Positions 38,784 to 49,567 of a DNA stretch of 64,000 nucleotides are shown in pieces (the stretch's first letter is position 1; every line of letters starts with the position of its first letter). The notes beneath the pieces were generated by a model, which was not told where the DNA came from, searched no databases, and saw nothing but the letters and a program-made list of their open reading frames with translations. The stretch covers positions 22,408-86,407 of the forward strand of contig JAAYJX010000107.1 in the NCBI GenBank assembly GCA_012522695.1, written 5' to 3'. The position numbers were made by a program, and so were the translations under genes. The DNA is from Erysipelotrichia bacterium. GTDB lineage: Bacteria; Bacillota_I; Bacilli_A; RFN20; CAG-826.

Positions 38784-40663
38784 AAAACACCTTCTTTTTT
38801 CAAAACTAAAATCAAAACCGCAATATCACTAGGGTTAACACCTTGAACTCGACTTGCTTGACCAATTGTTTGCGGTCTTATTTTTTGTAGTTGTTGACGC
38901 GCTTCTAAGGCGAGTCCATCAATATTTAAATAATTAATATTCGTAGGTAAATTAATCATTTCAAATTTCATAAATGCTGTTGCTTCTTTTTCTTGTTTGG
39001 AAATATAACCTTCATATTTAATACTAATTTCTAATTGTAAGATAGCTAACTCGCAAAGATTTAATTGTTTTAGACTAGGAATTAAATCACTTAAGTGTTT
39101 GTAATTTAAATTTGGTCTTTTTAATAAATCATAAGCAAGGTGTCCGCCTGTAAGAGGCTTTATATTATTTTTAAGTAAATATTTATTAATTTCTGCTTTT
39201 GCACCTAAATAAGTTGTTTTTAAAATATGTGTTGCCTTAGCAATTAATTCATTCTTCTTTTGAAACTCTGCATAACGCAATTCATCAACTAAACCTAATT
39301 GGTAAGCATAAGGTAAAAGACGCAAGTCAGCATTATCATGTCGAAGTAAAAGTCGATATTCGGCTCGACTTGAAAGAAGGCGATAAGGTTCACTTGCTCC
39401 TTTTGTTACTAAATCATCAATCATCACAGCTAAGTACGACTCATTCCGTTTTAAGATAAAAGGCTCTTTATTTTGAATTGACAAAGTCGCATTAATACCT
39501 GCGATCAAACCTAAACCTGCCGCCTCTTCATAACCTGATGTGCCACAAATTTGGCCCGCTCCATAAAGGCCCTCATATTTTTTTACTTTTAAAGTTAAAT
39601 CAAATTGAGTAGGAACGAGAGCATCATATTCAATCGCGTAACCATATTTTAAAATTTTAGCGTTTTCTAAACCTGGTAAAGAATGAACCATTTTTTCTTG
39701 AACGTCTTTTGGCATCGATGTTGCAAAACCTTGAATATAAACTGCATGACCATCTCTTGTTTCTGGTTCAAGAAAAAGCTGATGGGTTGGTTTATCAATA
39801 AACGTATGAATTTTTCCTTCAATTGACGGACAATAACGCGGACCAACACCTTGCATAACGCCGCTAAATTGAGCTGAACGATGTAAATTATTTAAAATGA
39901 TTTGATGTGTTTCATTAGATGTATAAATTAAATGACAAGGTAGTTGTTCTTCAAAAGGAACATACGTCGTTGTTAAATAAGAAAAAGCTAAATTATCTTT
40001 TGCCCCATATTGAATTTTTGCTTTTGAAAAATCAATTGTCCGTTTATCAATTCGAGGTGGGGTACCAGTTTTAAGGCGATAAATTTCTAAACCCATTTTT
40101 TGGAGTGAAGAAGATAATCCTAAAGAAGCTTTGTGCCCATCAGGTCCGCTTTTAAATTTTTCTTCACCACGTAAAATTTCGGCCTCCATAAACGTACCTG
40201 TTGTTAAAATAACAGCCTTACTTTTTACTTGACTTCCATCTTCTAAAACAACTCCATAAACTTTATTTTCATCATAAAGAAGGTCGACAATCATACCTTC
40301 TAAAACGTCTAAATTATCAGCTTCTTTTAATATTTTTTTAACAGCTTCCGGATAAGTTTTTCGATCACTTTGCGAACGAAGACATTGCACGCCTGGACCC
40401 TTTGAAGTGTTAAGCATTTTAAGTTGTAAATATCGATCATCAGCAGCTCGCGACATGACACCACCAAAAGCATCAATTTCCCTAACAACATTACCCTTAG
40501 CAGAACCACCAATTGAAGGGTTACAAGATAGTAATGCAATCGCATCAAAACTTATTGTATATAAAGCAACTTTCATCCCCATTTTCGAGGCGGCATAAGC
40601 AGCTTCAACTCCAGCGTGACCCGCACCAACAACAATAATATCGTAATCCACTTTAACCAACAC
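38780..40663 (-). CDS. mnmG: tRNA uridine 5-carboxymethylaminomethyl modification enzyme
   Basis: 627 aa. FAD-binding [12 protein letters not shown] and GidA family features. Confidence 0.95.
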   Translation of the reverse strand: MLVKVDYDIIVVGAGHAGVEAAYAASKMGMKVALYTISFDAIALLSCNPSIGGSAKGNVVREIDAFGGVMSRAADDRYLQLKMLNTSKGPGVQCLRSQSDRKTYPEAVKKILKEADNLDVLEGMIVDLLYDENKVYGVVLEDGSQVKSKAVILTTGTFMEAEILRGEEKFKSGPDGHKASLGLSSSLQKMGLEIYRLKTGTPPRIDKRTIDFSKAKIQYGAKDNLAFSYLTTTYVPFEEQLPCHLIYTSNETHQIILNNLHRSAQFSGVMQGVGPRYCPSIEGKIHTFIDKPTHQLFLEPETRDGHAVYIQGFATSMPKDVQEKMVHSLPGLENAKILKYGYAIEYDALVPTQFDLTLKVKKYEGLYGAGQICGTSGYEEAAGLGLIAGINATLSIQNKEPFILKRNESYLAVMIDDLVTKGASEPYRLLSSRAEYRLLLRHDNADLRLLPYAYQLGLVDELRYAEFQKKNELIAKATHILKTTYLGAKAEINKYLLKNNIKPLTGGHLAYDLLKRPNLNYKHLSDLIPSLKQLNLCELAILQLEISIKYEGYISKQEKEATAFMKFEMINLPTNINYLNIDGLALEARQQLQKIRPQTIGQASRVQGVNPSDIAVLILVLKKEGVL

Positions 40664-42053
40664 TGCCTTCCATATCCATCTTAATAAGTTGGTTTAATTC
40701 AACAGCATATTCCATTGGTAATTCACGAGCAAATGGTTCAATAAAACCCATAATAATCATTTGTGTAGCCTCATCTTTTTCAATACCTCGCGACATTAGA
40801 TAAAATAATTGGTCTTCACTAATTTTACTAACGCTAGCTTCATGTTCAATAAATGATTCATTATTTTTTACTTCATTAGTTGGGATTGTGTCACTTTTAG
40901 AAATATCATCTAAAATGAGCGTATCGCATTCAACATGGCTACGAGCATTAAGGGCACCTTTTTCATGACGGACCGTTCCGCGATAATTAGCAACTCCACC
41001 ATTTTTAACAATTGATTTTGAAATAATAGTTGAACTTGTGTTTTCACCTAGATGTATCATTCTTGCCCCGGCATCTTGGTATTGATTTTCACCAGCTACC
41101 GCAATCGAAATACAAGTTCCTTTTGAATAATTTCCTTTTAAAATAACAGCAGGATATTTCATATTTACAAGACTACCAATATTGCCGTCAATCCACTCCA
41201 TTTCAGCATTTTCCATGCAAATAGCCCGTTTTGTGACGAGATTTAGAATATTCTTTGACCAATTTTGAACGGTTGAATAACGACACTTTGCATCTTTTAA
41301 AACAACAATTTCAACAACCGCCGCATGAAGAGAATCTTTTGAATATATCGGCGCGGTACAACCTTCAACATAATGAACTTCAGCACCTTCATCGACAATA
41401 ATTAACGTCCTTTCAAATTGTCCGCTTCGTTCATTATTAATCCGAAAATAAGATTGAAGAGGTTTATCTAATTTGACTCCTTTAGGAACGTAAATGAAAG
41501 ATCCTCCCGACCATACTGCGCCATTTAAAGCACTAAATTTATTATCAGTATAAGGGACAACACTATTAAAGTATTTTTGAAAAAGTTCAGGATAAAGTTT
41601 TAAAGCTTGATCAGTTGAAAGAAAGATAATTCCTTTTTCTTCAACTTCTTTTAACATGTTATGATAAACAACTTCTGATTCATATTGAGTTGTTACACCG
41701 GCAAGAAATTTTTGTTCAGCTTCAGGAATTCCAAGTTTTATAAAAGTGTTTTTAATTGTTTCGGGAACATCATCCCAACTCGTTTCTTCTTTTCTTGTCG
41801 CGCGATTAAAATATGTGTAATCATCAAAGTTAATAAAAGTTAAATCTGGACCAAAATTTGGGAGCTTCATTTTTTCAAATGCTTGCAGAGATTTTAAACG
41901 AAAATTAAGCATCCATTCTGGTTCGTTTTTAAGACGCGAAATAGTCCGTACAACTTCGATATTTAAACCTTTGCCAGTCGTTAAAAATTCAACGTTTTCG
42001 TCTTTAAAACCATAGGCATATTTTTCTTCAAATAACTTATCTTTTTTCTTCAT
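40653..42053 (-). CDS. sufB: Fe-S cluster assembly protein SufB
   Basis: 466 aa. The SufB/D C-terminal beta-helix region is conserved. Confidence 0.9.
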   Translation of the reverse strand: MKKKDKLFEEKYAYGFKDENVEFLTTGKGLNIEVVRTISRLKNEPEWMLNFRLKSLQAFEKMKLPNFGPDLTFINFDDYTYFNRATRKEETSWDDVPETIKNTFIKLGIPEAEQKFLAGVTTQYESEVVYHNMLKEVEEKGIIFLSTDQALKLYPELFQKYFNSVVPYTDNKFSALNGAVWSGGSFIYVPKGVKLDKPLQSYFRINNERSGQFERTLIIVDEGAEVHYVEGCTAPIYSKDSLHAAVVEIVVLKDAKCRYSTVQNWSKNILNLVTKRAICMENAEMEWIDGNIGSLVNMKYPAVILKGNYSKGTCISIAVAGENQYQDAGARMIHLGENTSSTIISKSIVKNGGVANYRGTVRHEKGALNARSHVECDTLILDDISKSDTIPTNEVKNNESFIEHEASVSKISEDQLFYLMSRGIEKDEATQMIIMGFIEPFARELPMEYAVELNQLIKMDMEGSVG

Positions 42054-42480
42054 TTTCTAGTAAAATTTCTTCTAAACCTTCCCAACCTAAAATTGCACAT
42101 TTTATCCGAGCAGGTTGCTTATACGTATTCATAAAAACGATTGCCTCATCAAGAACGCTTTCATCAAATGGTAATTCGTAAATCATTTGCTCATATTGCT
42201 TAATAATATAAAGGGCTTCATCTTTTGTTTTATTAATAACTAAATCACACATAATATCAGTTGAGGCTGTCGAAATTGTACAAGCGACACCATCAAATAA
42301 ACAATCAGTAATAATATTTTTTTCGACAAATAAGTAAATATTAATATCATCAATACAATTAACTGAATTTAAATGTCTAGTTAAATAACCATCTTTTTTT
42401 GGTTTAGATTTATGCCGAGGATTTTGATAATGATCAAGAATAATCGCCCGCATTAAATTAGTATTAAGTGAAATAGGCAT
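42037..42480 (-). CDS. sufU: Fe-S cluster scaffold SufU (IscU/NifU-like)
   Basis: 147 aa. [10 protein letters not shown]-terminus and conserved Cys/Asp ligands ([22 protein letters not shown]). Confidence 0.85.
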   Translation of the reverse strand: MPISLNTNLMRAIILDHYQNPRHKSKPKKDGYLTRHLNSVNCIDDINIYLFVEKNIITDCLFDGVACTISTASTDIMCDLVINKTKDEALYIIKQYEQMIYELPFDESVLDEAIVFMNTYKQPARIKCAILGWEGLEEILLENEEKR

Positions 42481-43702
42481 CGAGAAAATCTCCTCCTTTT
42501 AATAAGGTATTAACAAGAACATCAATATCTTCAAAAGTGTTATATAAATAAAAAGAAACACGGACGGTCGCAAATTCACCTAAATAATCAAGCAATACTT
42601 TAGCACAATGTTGTCCCGAGCGAACAGCAATACCTTGAGAATTTAAATAAGTCGCCAAGTCTTGGGCAAAAATACCTTTATAATTAAAAGTAATAATTCC
42701 AGAATCAGCAAATTCGTTATAAATAATAATATTTGGATTTTCTTTAAGTTTTTTAATCGCGTATTTTCTTAATTCTTGTTCATGTTGATGAATATTTTCC
42801 ATCCCAATCATCTTTAAATAATCAATCGCTGCTTTTAAACCTAAAATACCACTAATATTTTGTGTCCCAGCTTCAAACTTTACGGGCGGAAGTAAATAAG
42901 TAATATCACCACACATATCAAACTTTGCATTCATCCCACCACCCATCATAAATGGCGACATTTTTTCTAATAAATGATATTTAGCATATAAAACACCAAC
43001 ACCTGTTGGTCCACACATTTTATGGCCAGAAAAAGATAAAAAATCAACATCTAAATCTTTAACGTCCGTATGCACATGCGGAACTGATTGAGCTCCATCA
43101 CAAACTAAAAGGGCGCCGACTGAATGTGTAATTTTAGCTAACTCTTTTAAATCAAGAACATAACCTAAAACATTCGAAACATGAGCAACAGCAACAATTT
43201 TTGTTTTTTTTGAAATAACTTTTTTTAAGCTTTCTGGTTCAAGTTTTCCATTCTTATCAAGAGGTATATAATTAACTTTGCAACCAGTTAATTCACTTAC
43301 CTTAAACCATGGTAAAACATTACTTGCGTGTTCAGCTTGCGTAATTAAAATTTCATCATCTTTTGTTAAATATTTCACACCATAGCCATAGGCTATTAAG
43401 TTAATTGACATCGATGTTCCACTCGTAAAAACAATTTCATTTTTTTGTGCATTAATAAAATTAGCAACACTAAGACGTGCTTCATCAATTTTAAGATCAA
43501 TGTTGTAGCATAAATCATAATCACCACGATGAGAATTAGCTGTTTCGTATAAATAATAATTGCTAATTGCCTCGATAACTTGAAATGGTTTAAAAGTCGT
43601 TGCGGCATTATCTAAAAAAACTAATGGTCGATTTTGCATCTTTACTTCATTTTTAAACATCGGGAAATCTTTTCTTACAAAGTGTGGATTAATTTTTTTC
43701 AT
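42464..43702 (-). CDS. sufS: Cysteine desulfurase SufS
   Basis: 412 aa. PLP lysine context SFSGHKMCGPTG and catalytic Cys (RSGQHCA). Confidence 0.92.
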   Translation of the reverse strand: MKKINPHFVRKDFPMFKNEVKMQNRPLVFLDNAATTFKPFQVIEAISNYYLYETANSHRGDYDLCYNIDLKIDEARLSVANFINAQKNEIVFTSGTSMSINLIAYGYGVKYLTKDDEILITQAEHASNVLPWFKVSELTGCKVNYIPLDKNGKLEPESLKKVISKKTKIVAVAHVSNVLGYVLDLKELAKITHSVGALLVCDGAQSVPHVHTDVKDLDVDFLSFSGHKMCGPTGVGVLYAKYHLLEKMSPFMMGGGMNAKFDMCGDITYLLPPVKFEAGTQNISGILGLKAAIDYLKMIGMENIHQHEQELRKYAIKKLKENPNIIIYNEFADSGIITFNYKGIFAQDLATYLNSQGIAVRSGQHCAKVLLDYLGEFATVRVSFYLYNTFEDIDVLVNTLLKGGDFLDAYFT

Positions 43703-44418
43703 AGCTGTTCCTCAATTGAAAGCGTAATCTTTGCTTTCAAATCAACGTCTTTAAAATATTGGGCAATTGGCATTAAATAGCCATAAGTAATTAGTTTTTT
43801 AGCTTCTTCGATGTTTAGACCTCGCGACATTAAATAAAAAAGATGGTCTTCACTTAATTTACCAACAACAGCTGCATGAGACGCCATGACATCATTTTCA
43901 TAAATATTTAAATAAGGGTTTGCTTTACCACTTGCTAAAGGATCAAAAACGATAATTTTGGCCTTTTGACTCGTTTTTGATTTAATCGCGCCGTTAATTA
44001 TTTCGTTTGCCCCACTAAAAATTAGTTTTGATTCATGACGTGCAACACCATAATTATCCATTTCTGCATAAGTCTTAGGAGCCAAATGATTAAAAAAGAT
44101 ATTAAACTTTTTTTCATCTTTGTGACGACTTAAAGTCGCAAGTTTTAAACTAGCTCGTGCGCCTTTTTCTTTTAAATTAATCTTAAGTTCTAAACTAGTT
44201 GAGCCAAGGGAAAAATCAGCTAAAGCAAGTTCTAATTCACTACTTTCTAAAACATCTATTTCAATTTTGTTTTTTTGACCTTTTTGAAAGTTTAAAAGAC
44301 CTAAATTTAAATAAGAATTTTTATTTAATAAGATATGTAAAGAACTAGTTTCTTCTTCTAAGTTTAGAAGAAGTTGGTCGCTTCGACATTCATTAATAGT
44401 AATTTGTTTATTTATCAT
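43699..44418 (-). CDS. sufD: Fe-S cluster assembly protein SufD (short form)
   Basis: 239 aa. C-terminus [16 protein letters not shown] is paralogous to the SufB C-terminus. Shorter than Bacillus SufD. Confidence 0.7.
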   Translation of the reverse strand: MINKQITINECRSDQLLLNLEEETSSLHILLNKNSYLNLGLLNFQKGQKNKIEIDVLESSELELALADFSLGSTSLELKINLKEKGARASLKLATLSRHKDEKKFNIFFNHLAPKTYAEMDNYGVARHESKLIFSGANEIINGAIKSKTSQKAKIIVFDPLASGKANPYLNIYENDVMASHAAVVGKLSEDHLFYLMSRGLNIEEAKKLITYGYLMPIAQYFKDVDLKAKITLSIEEQL

Positions 44419-45235
44419 CTCTTGCTATATCTTTCGCTGCACAAAAACCAAGAGAGATTTCATTCATTGATGTATCTTCTTTTTCAATCTCAATACCTAA
44501 TTCAGTCTTAATCCATTCATAACCTGTTTCATCAATTTTTTTAATAATTTCTTGTCCGCCTTCAACGACGACTTTTCCATTTACCATAACAATCGCTTTA
44601 TTTAAATGAATCATATTATAAAGACGTGCATAATGAGAAACAATTAAAAATCCTCGACCTTTTGCTTGTTCTTCTTTAATAACTTCTGCGACAATATTCA
44701 TTGCATCAATATCAAGACCAGAATCGATTTCATCAAGCATGACAAACTTTGGATTAAGTAACGTCATTTGTAAAATTTCATTGCGCTTTTTTTCGCCACC
44801 TGAAAAACCTTCGTTTAAAAAACGATTAGCAAGTTCAAACGGCATTTTCATTTTTTGATAGCTTTGGTTCAAAAGGGTATAAAATTCAAATAAAGATAAA
44901 GGTTTTTCGCGTCGAACATTTAAGGCCGCTCTTAAAAAATCAGCATTAACGACACCACTAACTTCACTTGGATATTGCATTCCTAAAAATAAACCTGCTT
45001 TCGCTCTTTGATCAACACTCATCGCGAGTAAATTTTCTTCGTTTAAATAAACTTCTCCTTTAGTAATTTGATAACGAGGATTACCCATTAGAGCTTGTAA
45101 AAGAGTTGATTTGCCATGGCCATTTGGACCTAAAAAAGCAACAGTTTCGTTACTTTTAAGTGTTAAAGTAACGTTCTTAAGAATTTCTTTATTTTCAACA
45201 CTGACGTGTAAATTACTAATTTTTAAGATATCCAT
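44408..45235 (-). CDS. sufC: Fe-S cluster assembly ATPase SufC
   Basis: 275 aa. Walker A GPNGHGKST, signature FSGGEKKR, Walker B VMLDEIDSGLD. Confidence 0.92.
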   Translation of the reverse strand: MDILKISNLHVSVENKEILKNVTLTLKSNETVAFLGPNGHGKSTLLQALMGNPRYQITKGEVYLNEENLLAMSVDQRAKAGLFLGMQYPSEVSGVVNADFLRAALNVRREKPLSLFEFYTLLNQSYQKMKMPFELANRFLNEGFSGGEKKRNEILQMTLLNPKFVMLDEIDSGLDIDAMNIVAEVIKEEQAKGRGFLIVSHYARLYNMIHLNKAIVMVNGKVVVEGGQEIIKKIDETGYEWIKTELGIEIEKEDTSMNEISLGFCAAKDIARDDK

Positions 45236-45465
45236 TTATTCTTTCCCCTAAGCGAGTAATATTCTATATTAACATCCTTGTTTTTACAAACAATACGATA
45301 AGAAAATTATTTAAATGTGCCTCTATATTTTTATCTACTCAATTAGGTAAATTAGTGATAACAAACATTTTTTTGTAAATTTCGTAATTTTCTTTGTTGT
45401 AATAATTACATTAATGTAATAAAATAATGCGTGCTATGTTTAGGCTATGGAGGAAATGACTACTT

Positions 45466-47361
45466 ATGAGAAAAAGTAAAAAAACACTTACATTAGTAGC
45501 TGGATTAATTGCAACCTTTGCCTTATCAGCTTGTGATGGCCCAAGTTTTTCTAACGAAGGCCATATTTTAACTTACACAGGTGCAAGCGGAGTTGAGTAC
45601 CATTACTCAAGTGGAGAATTATTTGCAAACTACTTAAATAGTTCAAATAATATTTCAACACTTTTTGATTCCGTTTATAAAGTCGTTGTTCGCAACTACT
45701 TTGAAGAAGATGATAAAGGTAAAGAAAGTTATCCAGACATTAAAAAAGGTGCTGATAATGACGTGGCTGGCGTCAAATCAAAAGCAGAATCAGCGGCAGA
45801 AGACAATGGAACAAAATACAAAGATGAGTTTGAAAAGCAACTTAAAACGTATAACGTTGAAGATGAAGACCAACTTTGGGAACATTTTGTTTATCAAAGA
45901 ATGACGAGCGAATTTGAAGATCAATTTTATGATGATAATATCGAATTCATCCGTGATGCAAAAAAAGAAGATGTAGATAACACATTAAAGTATTCTGGTT
46001 ATCTTGAAAAAATGTCTCCCTACCATGTTCGTCATATTTTAGTAAAAGTTGGCGCACAAGATAGTGCTTTATACGACGGCAAAATTACCGAGGCTGAAGC
46101 AAAAAAACTCGCTAACGTTGGACAAAACTTAGCCCTTGGTGATGAAACCTTTGGGGCACTCGCTCAACTTTATAGTGAAGATACAGGCTCAGCAGAAAAA
46201 TTTGGTGATCTTGGTATTATGTCAGTCGGTACATCATTTATTAACGAATTTAAATTAGGCGTTTATGCTTATGAAGGTATTTATAATACAGTGCTTAGTG
46301 TTGAAGCAAAAGACGGCTTAGAAATAAGTGATGAGATGAAAGACGATTATCTAAACGCTCTTGATCATAATGAAATTGCAACTATTCCTTACGAAGCATT
46401 TCTTAAATTACAAGATTATAGTGAAGTTACAAAAGATGAAGATTCATTTTTAGTTAACGAAGGTAATGAATTTTTCTATCCTCGTAATGTTATTTTTAAT
46501 AAATACTTTAATCGTCACGATGTTTCAGTCGTTACACCAAATAAATTAGTTGACTCAACTGTCGTAGGTGGCGCAGTCACTAATGAAGATTTTGCTGGTG
46601 AATATGATGCAAATTATGCAGCTTTACCTGGTTTTCAACACGTTGATGGTTTAAACCTTGATGTTAATGGTGATGGCCAAGTTGATCTTAATGATAAAGT
46701 TTTAACGACTAAAAGCGGAAAAGTTATTTTAGCTGTTCGCGGTGGAAGTAGCGGCGATAGCGGCTATCAAGGCTTCCACTTTATTAGTGTCGAAAGAAGT
46801 GCTTTTGAAGAAACCGTTAATGGTGTTTCATTAAGCGAATATTATACGACTTATTATCCTGGCCAAAACAAATATCCGGTTTATACAAGTGAAGATCCGC
46901 AATACGTTGCTGGTCTAAAAAACTATAAACCTACTTATGTGAATTTCCTTGATCAACAAGTTAAAGATTATAAAGCGCGAGCAGAATCTGTTGAAGGTGA
47001 AATTAAAGGATTTGACAACAATTTAAAATATTATATTTATGAAAAATTAGTTGCCGATCAAAAAATCAAATTTAATGAAGAATTAACTTACGTTAATAAT
47101 AGCGGCGATGAAGTTAGTATTGACTTAAATACGACGCTTGCTAATTGGATTAGTGTCAATCGCCAAAAAGCTGATTACGATACGCGTAAAGCATGGGAAG
47201 AAAATTGGCATGACTATGTTGAGTTTCTTGAACAACAAAAAGCCTTACGTGTTCCTGGCAAATTACTAAGCGAAGTTTGTGCAAAAGAATATGAATTACC
47301 AGAAGGCGCGAAAACAGATGCCTTATGGATTAAAGGAGGTGCTTGTTACAATGACAAATAA
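45466..47361 (+). CDS. Large lipoprotein with parvulin-type PPIase (PrsA-like foldase) domain
   Basis: 631 aa. Lipobox LVAGLIATFALSAC. Internal segment SPYHVRHILVKVG...FGALAQLYSEDTGSAEKFGDLGIM matches the PrsA/parvulin core (FxxLAxxYSxDxxSxxxGGDLG). Confidence 0.7.
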   Translation: MRKSKKTLTLVAGLIATFALSACDGPSFSNEGHILTYTGASGVEYHYSSGELFANYLNSSNNISTLFDSVYKVVVRNYFEEDDKGKESYPDIKKGADNDVAGVKSKAESAAEDNGTKYKDEFEKQLKTYNVEDEDQLWEHFVYQRMTSEFEDQFYDDNIEFIRDAKKEDVDNTLKYSGYLEKMSPYHVRHILVKVGAQDSALYDGKITEAEAKKLANVGQNLALGDETFGALAQLYSEDTGSAEKFGDLGIMSVGTSFINEFKLGVYAYEGIYNTVLSVEAKDGLEISDEMKDDYLNALDHNEIATIPYEAFLKLQDYSEVTKDEDSFLVNEGNEFFYPRNVIFNKYFNRHDVSVVTPNKLVDSTVVGGAVTNEDFAGEYDANYAALPGFQHVDGLNLDVNGDGQVDLNDKVLTTKSGKVILAVRGGSSGDSGYQGFHFISVERSAFEETVNGVSLSEYYTTYYPGQNKYPVYTSEDPQYVAGLKNYKPTYVNFLDQQVKDYKARAESVEGEIKGFDNNLKYYIYEKLVADQKIKFNEELTYVNNSGDEVSIDLNTTLANWISVNRQKADYDTRKAWEENWHDYVEFLEQQKALRVPGKLLSEVCAKEYELPEGAKTDALWIKGGACYNDK

Positions 47362-49030
47362 GAAAAAAGGATTACTTTTTACACTTGCTTTAGCATCATC
47401 ATTTGTTTTAGCTTCGTGTAATGAAATTTCAGCTCTTCCCTTATTTTATGAAGGACCATTAGTCGTTAATCAAGATGGTGAAAAAACTGATGTTTATCAA
47501 AACTTAGTTGGTCTTTTATACGATTCATTAATTGATTCAAGCGATACTGCTAAAAAAGTTTTAAATGAAATGATGTATGTTATTGCAGTTGATCAATTTG
47601 GTGATTATCACGAAGTTAAAGAACTTCTTGAAACATCAGACGCAAATAGTGAAAAAGTTAGAGAGTTTATTGATGCTCACGCAAATGTTTATCAACGTGA
47701 TAGCGATGAAGAAAGTGACAAAAAAGCTAACGAATTTGCTCGTTTAGTCCACTTTGGTGAGGTTATGGATTATCGGATTAAAGAAGTTTTCTATAACGCT
47801 GCAACTGGTGGATCATATTCATATCGTTCACGATTTGATGAAGAAAAATACGCCGTTAGTTTAGCAAAAGATTTATACGATATCGAAGGTGTTTTCGAAC
47901 CAGGTGTTAATTGGCACGAAGATGTTTTAATCGATCCAAGTGTTAAAGTCGAAAATATTGGTAACTACGTTCATTTAGATCGTTATGATGATTATATTGA
48001 TCGCGGTGTTTTACCAAACCTTTATCGTGAACGTTTAGTCGAACAGTTTTTACTTGATAACAACTATTCAACTTTAGGTCGTACATATGCCCGTAAAGTT
48101 GAGTACATTAAAATTAGCAAAAATGATAATTACCCAAGTGCGGCTAAATCTTTAATTAATGCTTTTGTTGATAAATATATTTTAGATCCAAACGCAACTG
48201 GTGATGTTGATTTAGAAATTTTATCAAACGCCTGGCGCGGAATCGATTTAGACGTCGAAGCCGTTGCCTTACTTGATGAAGCATTTAGCAAAAAGGATGT
48301 TACTGATGCTGATGTTTTAAGTTATTTAGGTGATGCGACCGAATATTATCCGGAAACACAATTTGGCGCTATCGTCAAAGACTATTTAAAAATTACTGAT
48401 GATCGCTTTACGAATGATAAGAGTGTTGAAAGTGACTTTACTTCTAGTAACTCTTATAGCAAACAAGTTGGTTTAAAAATTAAAGCCGACACCCTTCGTT
48501 TAGAAGATTATACAAACGATGGTTGGTTCGTTAAAAGCGGCGGATTAAGCGAACTTCCCGAAGCAATTCGTTCACGTTTATTTAATATTAACGTTGCTAA
48601 CCAAGTCGATTTTCTTGTTGAAGAAGATCAAACTACACACGAATATGAATCTGGTAATTATGTTCGTAATATCCAAGGTAACTATTATTTAACACCAACG
48701 ATTTCCGAACAAGGAACAGACGTTCGCAAAGATAACTTTGTTATTTATGATATTTCAAGTTCAACATATTACATTATTAAAGTTCTTGAAGCTGTCTCAA
48801 CGAGTAAACTTTCTTATCTTAGTGATAATAACTATCAACACCTTCGCACAGATGAAAGTAAAACTTTTATCGAAGAAGTTGCCAAAGAAGTTACTCACGT
48901 TTTAAGTGCAAAAGACTCTTATATTAATAATGCTAACGAACATTATATTGGCCTTTATAACTTCAAATATCACGATACGACAATTTATGATTACTTTGTC
49001 GAAAACTTCCCAGATTTATTTGAAGAGTAA
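47351..49030 (+). CDS. Lipoprotein (hypothetical, acidic, surface-exposed)
   Basis: The start was re-assigned to MTNKKKGLLFTLALASSFVLASC (lipobox), an ATG at 47351 preceded by AAAGGAGG. It overlaps the upstream stop by 11 nt. Confidence 0.6.
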   Translation: MTNKKKGLLFTLALASSFVLASCNEISALPLFYEGPLVVNQDGEKTDVYQNLVGLLYDSLIDSSDTAKKVLNEMMYVIAVDQFGDYHEVKELLETSDANSEKVREFIDAHANVYQRDSDEESDKKANEFARLVHFGEVMDYRIKEVFYNAATGGSYSYRSRFDEEKYAVSLAKDLYDIEGVFEPGVNWHEDVLIDPSVKVENIGNYVHLDRYDDYIDRGVLPNLYRERLVEQFLLDNNYSTLGRTYARKVEYIKISKNDNYPSAAKSLINAFVDKYILDPNATGDVDLEILSNAWRGIDLDVEAVALLDEAFSKKDVTDADVLSYLGDATEYYPETQFGAIVKDYLKITDDRFTNDKSVESDFTSSNSYSKQVGLKIKADTLRLEDYTNDGWFVKSGGLSELPEAIRSRLFNINVANQVDFLVEEDQTTHEYESGNYVRNIQGNYYLTPTISEQGTDVRKDNFVIYDISSSTYYIIKVLEAVSTSKLSYLSDNNYQHLRTDESKTFIEEVAKEVTHVLSAKDSYINNANEHYIGLYNFKYHDTTIYDYFVENFPDLFEE

Positions 49031-49065
49031 TATTTGCTCGAAAGTTAAATAATTATTATAATTAA

Positions 49066-49091
49066 AGGAGGATGATGTGTCCTCCTTTCTT
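49066..49091 (+). terminator. Rho-independent terminator after the lipoprotein pair
   Basis: AAAGGAGGA-TGATGTG-TCCTCCTTT perfect stem followed by a T-run. Confidence 0.65.
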
Positions 49092-49110
49092 TTAATGTGA
49101 GGTGAAGAAA

Positions 49111-49533
49111 ATGAAAAATAATGATTGTGTTTTTTGTCAAATTGTTAAAGGTTTAATGCCGGCGACAAAAATTTATGAAGACGATGACGTTTTAGCGTTT
49201 TTAGATATTTCGCAAGTTACACCTGGACATGCTTTAGTTATCCCAAAAAAACATTATGATAATTTTGTTTCAACGCCAAAAGATATTTTAAGTAAAGTCA
49301 TGTCCGTAACCCAAAGAATTAGCCAAGCGAGTTTAACGATGTTAGGTGCAAAGGGAATTAATGTTCTAACTAATGTTAATCGTGAAGCAGGACAATCGGT
49401 AATGCACTTCCACGTCCATATTATTCCTCGATATATAAGTGATCGAGGCTTTCAAATTACAATGCTTAAAAACGAACGTTTAAGTGAACTCAACTTACCT
49501 GTTTTAGCTAGTGAAATAAAAAAAGGTTTATAA
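49111..49533 (+). CDS. HIT-family (histidine triad) nucleotide hydrolase
   Basis: HxHxHxx motif HFHVHIIP. The ATG at 49111 with a GAGGTG RBS is preferred over the GTG at 49102. Confidence 0.85.
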   Translation: MKNNDCVFCQIVKGLMPATKIYEDDDVLAFLDISQVTPGHALVIPKKHYDNFVSTPKDILSKVMSVTQRISQASLTMLGAKGINVLTNVNREAGQSVMHFHVHIIPRYISDRGFQITMLKNERLSELNLPVLASEIKKGL

Positions 49534-49567
49534 AACCTCAAATAATATATTTAATTTGCATTAAAAT

